Shown: one piece after another, positions 38,305 to 46,040 of the stretch | Position numbering within the stretch: position 1 is the stretch's first letter | How the letters are laid out: each line of letters starts with the position of its first letter | Source of the DNA: a virus | Taxonomy: Duplodnaviria > Caudoviricetes | IMG/VR virus record: IMGVR_UViG_3300031994_000065 | Location: 1-64,000 of that record | Reading direction: 5' to 3' (one strand) | DNA length: 64,000 nt | The notes under the pieces: generated by a model | Database searches by the model: none | The model's input: only the letters and a program-made list of their open reading frames with translations | What the model was told of the DNA's origin: nothing | Made by a program: the position numbers and the translations under genes

Positions 38305-38790
38305 TTAGAAGAACCATCCCATTTTGCGGGCGGTTTCGCGGAAACGTTCCCAATTTTCGTCGCGGATCGTTGATACCGCTTTGTCTTTGACGCTTTCTAC
38401 AATCGCATCGTAGACATCGCAGTCCCACTTATCGGGCAACTTGATCTCATCGTCCCAATCCCAGTTCTCAATAAATGTGATCTGGTTGCGGCGGATGATG
38501 TCATCATGGCCTGATTCCGGCGGAAAGATCTCGTAGTACTCATCGTACATTTCGTCGAGCTTCGACGAGCTGTAATAGTCGAGATGATACGTCGAAACGA
38601 ACGCCTTCACGTCCATCTCATCTGAGATGAGCGCTTGGAAATCATCGAGATAATCCGAATGGACCGTCTCGAAAAACTCCCAGTTTTTCGCATAACGTTG
38701 ATCGTATGGGAGCACTTTCTTGACCATCTTGTCCTTGAGAGAGTCAAGAAGCGCCCTTTCTCTCACGTCGAGGTCGCTGTACTTAATCAC
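38305..38790 (-). CDS. Early cassette cargo E, acidic hypothetical protein
   Basis: GTG start after TAAGGAG; D/E/W/Y-rich 161 aa; terminator at 38251-38283. Confidence 0.7.
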   Translation of the reverse strand: MIKYSDLDVRERALLDSLKDKMVKKVLPYDQRYAKNWEFFETVHSDYLDDFQALISDEMDVKAFVSTYHLDYYSSSKLDEMYDEYYEIFPPESGHDDIIRRNQITFIENWDWDDEIKLPDKWDCDVYDAIVESVKDKAVSTIRDENWERFRETARKMGWFF

Positions 38791-38794
38791 TCTA

Positions 38795-38904
38795 CCATCT
38801 CCTTACGAGGCGAGGATCGTAGGTTTTTTCATCTTAGTAGTGAGCTGCCTACTTAACTCTTCTACGCGTATATAATATATAAATGTGGGTGGGGGTGATG
38901 TCGG
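38795..38904 (-). promoter_or_regulatory. Early promoter plus type-2 structured leader, copy E
   Basis: Identical core to copy D. Confidence 0.85.
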
Positions 38905-38924
38905 ATTGAAATTAAACCTCTCTT

Positions 38925-38936
38925 AACAAGAAGGTA
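38925..38936 (+). promoter_or_regulatory. Late promoter RACA-N6-TA
   Basis: AACA-agaagg-TA; degraded in the duplicated copy near 38059. Confidence 0.7.
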
Positions 38937-38977
38937 ATCCGATTCTAATGATGAATCATATAAGGAGGCAAAACATC

Positions 38978-39541
38978 ATGAAATTTGGTGGTATCACCCT
39001 TGGTGGGAAACTTGGTGGTTGGAACATTATCAACCAACCTGCAACTTCACTTCCTCAGGCTCTCGCCTCGGCAAAGCCCATTTTGTTTGGGTCGACATTT
39101 ACCCCGATTTGGCTCGTTGCGGATCAGATTGTGAATGGTACTAACTATTTGCTGGTCGCAGAGGCAGTTAGTACTACCTTGAAGACAATCAAAAGAATCG
39201 TCGGTATTATCGTTAACATTCCGGCTGGTTCGTTTGATGGTGAAGGCGCGAAAGTCGTCGAGGTTATCGAAGATGACGAGCTTGTCGAAGGAACCGATCC
39301 CGAAGATAAAGTCAAGGAATACTTCGACTCGATTATCGAACCTGCAGGCGAAAAACTCACTGGCGTCGGTATTACACCCGTTCTTTACATGGGCAAGAAA
39401 GTTACCAAAGGCGTCAATCACGTTGTCGTTGCTCAACGCCGCATGATTTCTTCAGACGCGGATCCGGAAGCTCTCATCATTGAGTTCAATGTCTTCAATG
39501 GAAAAGCAACTCTCTACTCAATGGAAAAAATTGGTGTGTGA
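38978..39541 (+). CDS. Hypothetical protein with two internal repeats (Firmicutes-type GGW family)
   Basis: FGSTFTPIWLVADQIVNGTNYLLV and TGVGITPVLYMGKKVTKGVNHVVV; RBS taaggagg. Confidence 0.65.
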   Translation: MKFGGITLGGKLGGWNIINQPATSLPQALASAKPILFGSTFTPIWLVADQIVNGTNYLLVAEAVSTTLKTIKRIVGIIVNIPAGSFDGEGAKVVEVIEDDELVEGTDPEDKVKEYFDSIIEPAGEKLTGVGITPVLYMGKKVTKGVNHVVVAQRRMISSDADPEALIIEFNVFNGKATLYSMEKIGV

Positions 39542-39612
39542 CTAAAATAGTTCTAACGAACGAAAACGAACAAATAACCCCGAGATGGATTCAATTCCAT
39601 TCTCGGGGTTCG

Positions 39613-40401
39613 TCACGCTTTTTGTTCCGGTGTAATTTTGATTTTCTCTCGTTGTTCTTTTTCGGTCAAATCATCATTCGCAAGTCTTTCAATTAGTTCA
39701 AAGAACGCACCATAATCTTTGTTCTCAATCTTGATATAGTGAAAGTCACGTTGTTTCATCAATGCTTCATCTTTGAGTTTTTCTTTGACTTTATCAACGT
39801 CTTGAATTTTGTGGTGCATGTTCGGATTATCTCCACCATCCTTAATCTCAACTTCGAGCATTAACGATGGAATGAATACATCCGGAAAGTAAAAATGTTT
39901 CTTACCTTCATACTCGTATTCATAAACGTGAGGAGATGGCATAATAATATCAGTAGACGGAAATTGCAGAAACGTATCCATCATTTTGCAGAAGTCTTCC
40001 TCAAAGGTTCCTGTATAAGTCAACACTCCACCATCTGAATGCATGTATCGTCCACTAATAGATCGATTCGCCAACATCTTCTTCTGTACATCGGGATTGT
40101 CAAGAATACATTCTTTACCATAAACTTTCTTCATTCGAGCCTTAGCAATTTTAACATACTCTTGTTTGCAAGCATCACTACAGAACGCATTGTATTTATT
40201 GGTTCTGACATTCCACTCTGTTGGCTTCTTACATATCATACATTTACGAGGTTCACCATTGTGTTCTCTTAAATAAATGAATTCTCCCGGATTCTGGTTT
40301 TCTGGTATAAGATCATCATGCTCTTTCTCTACGTGAATTATCATGTTTTCCTTAGAGCCCACAATCTTTTCTTTACATACAGGGCATTTCTTGTAATCCA
40401 T
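39613..40401 (-). CDS. Zn-finger plus PD-(D/E)xK (TnsA-like) nuclease, possibly T4 gp4-like head completion nuclease
   Basis: CPVC...HVEKEH C2H2 finger; YFPDVFIPSLMLEVEIKDGG nuclease motif; late promoter. Confidence 0.6.
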   Translation of the reverse strand: MDYKKCPVCKEKIVGSKENMIIHVEKEHDDLIPENQNPGEFIYLREHNGEPRKCMICKKPTEWNVRTNKYNAFCSDACKQEYVKIAKARMKKVYGKECILDNPDVQKKMLANRSISGRYMHSDGGVLTYTGTFEEDFCKMMDTFLQFPSTDIIMPSPHVYEYEYEGKKHFYFPDVFIPSLMLEVEIKDGGDNPNMHHKIQDVDKVKEKLKDEALMKQRDFHYIKIENKDYGAFFELIERLANDDLTEKEQREKIKITPEQKA

Positions 40402-40426
40402 ATGAATTCACCTCCAATGTTTGTTT

Positions 40427-40438
40427 TAGCATTCTGTC
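40427..40438 (-). promoter_or_regulatory. Late promoter RACA-N6-TA
   Basis: Minus strand GACA-gaatgc-TA. Confidence 0.7.
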
Positions 40439-40510
40439 GCTTTGATAAATAACTGACGCTACTAAAAACTAAATTCTTCACCAGTATTTAAAAGAAAGTA
40501 GAGGTGATGA

Positions 40511-40924
40511 ATGATGCCTTCGTTTTACAAAGATAACAAAGAGCTTGATTTTGACCTTGACGGATTTGGTAGACAGAAAGTTTTGACAGAAGCGGAATCA
40601 GCATACAGACAAATTCTCTTATTACTGTTTTTACGTCCGGGAGATTATCCCTCGTTACCTGAAATGGGAATCAATATCTCGAGAGAGATTCGTTATAAGA
40701 ATATGGATTACGTTTTAGGTACAACCCTCAAAGAGAAGATTGTCGATCAAATACGCAAATATGCTCCACAGGTAGACATGGTGGACATGAATATCTGGAA
40801 TTCTCGTTATAAAGGTGAGTATTACGTTATTCTCGACTTCGAATTGCAAGCCGAAAGAACCATCAGTATAGCGATGACTAGAAAGTCAACTTCTCTACTC
40901 GATATAAAGGTCGAATTCAATTAA
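40511..40924 (+). CDS. Baseplate wedge gp25-like (sheath initiator)
   Basis: QILLLLFLRPGDYPSLPEMGINI matches the GPW/gp25 motif; 137 aa. Confidence 0.7.
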   Translation: MMPSFYKDNKELDFDLDGFGRQKVLTEAESAYRQILLLLFLRPGDYPSLPEMGINISREIRYKNMDYVLGTTLKEKIVDQIRKYAPQVDMVDMNIWNSRYKGEYYVILDFELQAERTISIAMTRKSTSLLDIKVEFN

Positions 40925-40937
40925 GGAGGAAGAGTAA

Positions 40938-42569
40938 ATGGCAGAGAAAAAAGGAGCTCTTGATGGTATGGACATCAGTAAGCTCAGAAAACAAGCCGCT
41001 GGAAGTTTCGAATCTGATAAGTCTGGTGATAAAGATAAAATCAGAACTAACCCGGCGACTACAGAAAACTCAGAAATTTTCCAGTGGGATGACGAGCAAG
41101 GTAAAATGGAAAAGGCTGAAACTTCAAGTATCCCCAACATCGGAGAACTTCGTGAACACAAAGCTGACGAATCTACTAAACCGGCTGAAATTGCTAATAT
41201 CGAAGATCCGATGGCGAAAGCTCGCGCTAACGAAAAGGCTATCACTAAAGAAGAACTTGGTGGCGGTATCATCATTGAAGAAAAACCCAAAGAACCGGAA
41301 GGGTTGACAGTCGGTCCTATGGCAGAAGGCTCAGACATCCAGCAACATGTCAAAGAAGCTGAGAAAATGCTTGACGACATGGGTGAAGTTGCAAAGAAAC
41401 GTATGGCTATTGAAGGCAAAGGTCGTAAAGCAGTCAATACAGTTGTCGAAATCCTTATGGATAAAACCGGTATGCGTAGCGTCGAATTCACTAATGAAGA
41501 ACGTGAAAAGCTTCGTGTATCTAAGAAGATTAAAGTTGTGCAAGTTGATGAGCATAAACTCAAATCCGTTAAGATGACTAAGCCGAAAGCTATTCGCCAG
41601 AAGACTTTGATTGAAAAAGCTTTCAGTAGACAATTCGCTCCGTTCGTTGCGGCGGCGTCTGGTTATGTTGGTAAAATGCGCAATCTTTCCAGTATCGAAA
41701 TTATTAACTTGATTACCATAGATGAACGCGAAAATATGAATTCTGCTGAAAAACTCAGTCAGAAAGCAAGTCTTGTTTGGTCGAAACTCGTCGAATGTAG
41801 CACTGGCGAATTTAAGAGCTTTGATGATTTTGCTAAGAATACCGCGGAAATCGATCTTCCGGTCTTTATCTATGCTCTTACACGCGCTACTTATCCCGAC
41901 AAAGAAACACTTCTTATGAATTGCGGAAATCCTGAATGTACGAGAAAAGTCCGTGATGAAAACGGCAGAATCGTTACACGTCCGAATCAATTCAACCACG
42001 AATATTCTAATACGGAAATTCTCTTAGTCGATCGCATTTCAGACAAACTCAAAGATGAAGCCGAGCGTATTTATCAGGCGTCATTTACTATCGAAGACGC
42101 ACTTAAGGCTCGCGAAGAAGCTGTCATCAACAAATCTTTCAGATTTGCACTTGGCGAAGACGAAGATATCATTATCGATGTTTATTGCCCGAGTATTTAC
42201 GACGTTATCGAAAACTTTGAACGTAAGATTGAAAGTTCACAGTATGTCGAAGACGAAGTTTATGAAGGTTTGATTACGACAGCCAGATATATTCGTAGCA
42301 TTGCTCTTAAGAATGACGAAACTGGTGATTATGACATGTTTGATGATGCGGTTACGATTATTGATATTCTCGCCCGCATGAATCAAGAAATTCTCGAAGT
42401 CGTTCAGCAATGCATCACGGATAACATCTTCGAATACATGTATCGTTATGGCTTCAAAGCTTCGTCTGTGGTTTGCCCGATTTGCGGACACGCATTCACA
42501 GAAGACGTTGTTATCAGTATCGAGAGGCTCCTTTTTCTGGAGGCTCAACGCCATATGATAAACGAATAA
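40938..42569 (+). CDS. Baseplate hub/tail assembly chaperone (T4 gp26-like)
   Basis: C-terminal CGNPEC and CPICGH pairs and an acidic N-terminal extension; follows the gp25-like gene. Confidence 0.5.
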   Translation: MAEKKGALDGMDISKLRKQAAGSFESDKSGDKDKIRTNPATTENSEIFQWDDEQGKMEKAETSSIPNIGELREHKADESTKPAEIANIEDPMAKARANEKAITKEELGGGIIIEEKPKEPEGLTVGPMAEGSDIQQHVKEAEKMLDDMGEVAKKRMAIEGKGRKAVNTVVEILMDKTGMRSVEFTNEEREKLRVSKKIKVVQVDEHKLKSVKMTKPKAIRQKTLIEKAFSRQFAPFVAAASGYVGKMRNLSSIEIINLITIDERENMNSAEKLSQKASLVWSKLVECSTGEFKSFDDFAKNTAEIDLPVFIYALTRATYPDKETLLMNCGNPECTRKVRDENGRIVTRPNQFNHEYSNTEILLVDRISDKLKDEAERIYQASFTIEDALKAREEAVINKSFRFALGEDEDIIIDVYCPSIYDVIENFERKIESSQYVEDEVYEGLITTARYIRSIALKNDETGDYDMFDDAVTIIDILARMNQEILEVVQQCITDNIFEYMYRYGFKASSVVCPICGHAFTEDVVISIERLLFLEAQRHMINE

Positions 42570-42585
42570 AGGATTATGTTCGTTA

Positions 42586-42778
42586 CTTGGAGGAAACTTT
42601 AGAATTATTCAAGTCTGATATTGGTTCCGTTCCTAATCTTATGGAATTGCCGTTTAGGGTTATCACAATATTGCGTGAAGCTAGAATCGAAAGATATAAG
42701 GCTGAAGCTAAGCGACAAGAAGAAATTCGCAAGAAACAAGAACGAGAGCAAATACGTAATCAGATATTGAAGAAATGA
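42586..42778 (+). CDS. Small tail-assembly-chaperone-like ORF (gp51/gpT-like); start uncertain
   Basis: VPNLMELPFRVITILREARIERYKAE; lies in the -1 frame of the upstream gene, open from 42473. Confidence 0.45.
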
Positions 42779-43149
42779 TAAAGTTTCCTCCCTTGTCACG
42801 TGGAGGGTTGAGCGAAATGGATAGATGTGAGCTTTTCGCCCAATTAACGAAATCTAATGATGAAAGTTGTACTTTATTCGAAGAGATACTCGATGAATTC
42901 TTTGATGAATACAGTTTTTTGTATGGAGCTATAAAGCACAATGGATTCATTGATAACGTTAATATGCGGTGTCTCGATAATCAAAAATCAAAACTAGAAA
43001 TTGAAGTAATACTAACTAAAGACATAGTGTCCGATTTCTTCATTGATAAAGTCGGAAGTTTCTTAAATGAAAAATTTGCTGGCGATTGTAGCTTGAATGT
43101 ATCTGCGGTCTGTACTGACACGGTGTTAATCATATTCAAGAAGAGGTGA
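42775..43149 (+). CDS. Hypothetical protein
   Basis: 124-aa ORF overlapping both neighbours (translational coupling). Confidence 0.55.
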   Translation: MIKFPPLSRGGLSEMDRCELFAQLTKSNDESCTLFEEILDEFFDEYSFLYGAIKHNGFIDNVNMRCLDNQKSKLEIEVILTKDIVSDFFIDKVGSFLNEKFAGDCSLNVSAVCTDTVLIIFKKR

Positions 43150-43154
43150 ACACT

Positions 43155-44732
43155 ATGCAACTGAATCTGATGGACGTTGAAAAATTCGTAAAAATTAATC
43201 CGACCATGATTAAGGAAGTCACTAATCCGATATTCTTGGATAGAAACAAGACTCCCACATATGACGGATTGCTTTCGACAGAAATATTTGGAAACACGAC
43301 CAAAGAACGATCCAGAAAATTTGGATTTATCTCATTAGGTGGATATTATTTCCAACCTATAATCTATAAGAATATCCGAAGACTTGACCGACGGATTGAT
43401 GGAATTTGTTCCGGGAGAATTAATGTAGTAATACAGAAAGACGGAACTATGGTTGAAGATCCCGAGAAAGGTCAAACAGGAATGGATTTTCTCTATAAGA
43501 ACTGGGAGAAAATCCATTACAAGAAGAATGAATCTGCAGAACACAACGATCGTGTCGATGTGTTGGAGAATCATAAGAAAAACGAGGTATTCACCAATAT
43601 GTGGTTAGTATGTCCTGCGATGTACCGAGACATCAATATGCAAGACATAGATACCAGAAAGATTGGAGCGGATACAGTTAACGGAATATATTCTAAATTG
43701 ATTCGATTGACTGCAATGCTAAAACAAGATGCTTCGTTTACTCCGGTAATGCATAACACACGCTATATGATTCAAATGACTCTAATCGAAATATACGACT
43801 ATTTCAAGAACTTGATTGAGAAGAAGAATGGAATGGTTCGAAAATCTTTGCTTGGAAAAAATGTTGATTATGGTGCAAGATTGGTTATTACATCTCCTAA
43901 CTACAATTCCAATTCTTATAAAGATACCGAAGTTGACTTTTTCCACGCAGGAGTTCCGTTGGCTAACTGCTGTTCGTTATTTACACCATTTATCCTCGGA
44001 TGGGTTCGAAATTTTCTCCAAAGAGAACTTGAGTTTATCGGAACGAAATATCCTATTGAGAATAAGGGCAAACTCGCTTTTGAACCACTTAAAGACCCAA
44101 TGTCGTATTACAACGATGAAATGATTCGTAAGATGATGGAAACGTTCATTTATTCTTTCAGCGGAAGATTTCAAACTATCGAAATCCCGCACACTAACAT
44201 GGATAAAGTTCATTACGATTTGAAGTTTATGGGTCAAAAATATGAGCAAACAGGAGAACCCAGTCCAATATTCAATCGTCCGTTTACATTGACCGATTTA
44301 TTCTTCTTAGCTGCGGTAAATGTGTGTGAAGATAAACATGTGTATATCACGCGTTATCCAATGACTGATACGATGGGAACGTTTCCGACAGGAATAAATG
44401 TTCTCAGCACACTCAGAACGATACCGATTGAACTTGATGGGAAGTTGTATAAGAAATATCCGGTAATAGATTTGAGTCTAAGTCCGGATGAAATAGCTTC
44501 CCAATTCGTTGATACTCTTAGATTCCAAAATGTGTTTTTGAAAGCGATGAATGGTGACTATGACGGTGATACTGTCTCAATTAAGGGTGTTTTTAGCCAG
44601 TCAGCAAATCAAGAAGCAGAACGTATAATGCATTCGAAAATTTATGTTCTGAATATGGCTGGTCAAAGCGTGAGAACAACTACAAATGAAACGATTCAAA
44701 CGCTGTACTCAATGACGAAATTCAAAGAATGA
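43155..44732 (+). CDS. Phage multisubunit RNA polymerase beta'-like subunit (N-terminal part with catalytic motif)
   Basis: DGLLSTEIFG (cf. GLFCERIFG), LLGKNVDYGARLVI (cf. LLGKRVDYSGRSVI), MNGDYDGD (cf. NADFDGD). Confidence 0.92.
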   Translation: MQLNLMDVEKFVKINPTMIKEVTNPIFLDRNKTPTYDGLLSTEIFGNTTKERSRKFGFISLGGYYFQPIIYKNIRRLDRRIDGICSGRINVVIQKDGTMVEDPEKGQTGMDFLYKNWEKIHYKKNESAEHNDRVDVLENHKKNEVFTNMWLVCPAMYRDINMQDIDTRKIGADTVNGIYSKLIRLTAMLKQDASFTPVMHNTRYMIQMTLIEIYDYFKNLIEKKNGMVRKSLLGKNVDYGARLVITSPNYNSNSYKDTEVDFFHAGVPLANCCSLFTPFILGWVRNFLQRELEFIGTKYPIENKGKLAFEPLKDPMSYYNDEMIRKMMETFIYSFSGRFQTIEIPHTNMDKVHYDLKFMGQKYEQTGEPSPIFNRPFTLTDLFFLAAVNVCEDKHVYITRYPMTDTMGTFPTGINVLSTLRTIPIELDGKLYKKYPVIDLSLSPDEIASQFVDTLRFQNVFLKAMNGDYDGDTVSIKGVFSQSANQEAERIMHSKIYVLNMAGQSVRTTTNETIQTLYSMTKFKE

Positions 44733-44835
44733 CCCTTACTTATTTACCGCGTGCAGTAAAATATATAAGGGCTGGCGTATCTAAGGCAGAGATTCTAGTC
44801 TCTGCCTAAATAGCCGCTTAAAGGGAGGTGATGAT

Positions 44836-45102
44836 ATGAGAGTAAGACCTGTCGTTGGTGAAGTCTACAAACATTTCAAAGGTAAGGACTATAAAGTCAT
44901 TGCCGTTAATGTGCGTAACTCCAACGAAAACGACACAAAGACTTATGTTATTTACGAAGCTTTGTACGAAAATCATCCGGTGTTCTTTAGAACGACAGAT
45001 GAATTCGTGTCTCCAGTGGACAAGGAAAAATATCCGGATGCCACACAAGAATTCCGTTTTGAGAAAGTTAACCGTGTAGAGGATGAAATCGTATGGGATT
45101 GA
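44836..45102 (+). CDS. DUF1653 family protein
   Basis: GEVYKHFKGKDYKV...YVIYEALY...RTTDEFVSPVDKEKYPDATQEFRFEKV. Confidence 0.85.
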   Translation: MRVRPVVGEVYKHFKGKDYKVIAVNVRNSNENDTKTYVIYEALYENHPVFFRTTDEFVSPVDKEKYPDATQEFRFEKVNRVEDEIVWD

Positions 45103-45359
45103 TTGTCTGCAAACAAGATTTTCAAACTAAGCGAATCCGCCCTTATGGAATTGAATCAACTACATACTCAGAACTTCGTAAAGGTGATTTGTTTATGGTT
45201 AAAAGCTCAGGAACTAATTGTGTTTGTAAGGCCGAAGAAGATGCAACTAAATATCCTGATGGTTCGATAAGCGTCAAACACGGTTTCGTAGTTCTTTCAA
45301 TTATTGGCAAAGATTCTATTAAGGAGGTTACAACCTATGGCGAAAGAGATAGAGCGTAA
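45093..45359 (+). CDS. Hypothetical protein
   Basis: 88-aa ORF overlapping both neighbours; RBS gaggatg. Confidence 0.55.
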   Translation: MGLIVCKQDFQTKRIRPYGIESTTYSELRKGDLFMVKSSGTNCVCKAEEDATKYPDGSISVKHGFVVLSIIGKDSIKEVTTYGERDRA

Positions 45360-45993
45360 ATACCTCGTCGACAAAGAAAAATTTGATGCATCGTTGCGTA
45401 CTGGAATTTGGACTCATTATCCATCAAAACAAGGATACATCAAAATCGACACTGCTTCTGAACCTAATATTTCTCAGGTGAGAGTTTCTATTACGGGTCA
45501 TGAAGAATATGAAACACTCAAGAAATTCGATCCCGAAGGGAAAGTTTACCGAGCTCCGAGAGCATATCTCAACATAAAAGGACCAGTGTTCGATAGTTGT
45601 GTTCGTGATGAATTTGAGTACGAAATTCCTGTTGAAGAAGCGTTTGAGATTTTCAGTCGTTGTGCACACAAGATTTTCAAGGAACGTTATAAAGCGACGA
45701 TAGATGGAATCGAGTGGGCGGTTGATGTATTCAAGCTCGATAATGATGGTTTGATAATCGCAGAGACGGAAATTGAGTCACCAAAAGTTGTGATAAAGAA
45801 ACCTGAATGGATTGGAAAAGAAGTCACATATCTCCCACAATATTACAACGTCTCGCTTTCACAGTATCCTTATAACTGTTATGATTTCGAGAAATTGTCG
45901 AAAATAGAGAACAAAAAAATTGCGAAGGTTAAATGTAGTTCTTGCCCTCGCTATCGGAAATGTGGAAGTTCTAATTACGACGAGCCGCGCTAA
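45337..45993 (+). CDS. CYTH-domain (triphosphate tunnel metalloenzyme) protein
   Basis: MAKEIERKYLV ExExK motif, QGYI, RDEFEYEIP, KERY, WAVDVF...AETE, PEWIGKEVT. Confidence 0.88.
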   Translation: MAKEIERKYLVDKEKFDASLRTGIWTHYPSKQGYIKIDTASEPNISQVRVSITGHEEYETLKKFDPEGKVYRAPRAYLNIKGPVFDSCVRDEFEYEIPVEEAFEIFSRCAHKIFKERYKATIDGIEWAVDVFKLDNDGLIIAETEIESPKVVIKKPEWIGKEVTYLPQYYNVSLSQYPYNCYDFEKLSKIENKKIAKVKCSSCPRYRKCGSSNYDEPR

Positions 45994-46005
45994 ATCAGAA
46001 ATTTT

Positions 46006-46040
46006 AGAGGTACCGAGATTTGAATCTCTCGGTACCTCTT
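46006..46040. terminator. Bidirectional terminator
   Basis: agaggtaccgaga / tctcggtacctct inverted repeat between convergent genes. Confidence 0.75.
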
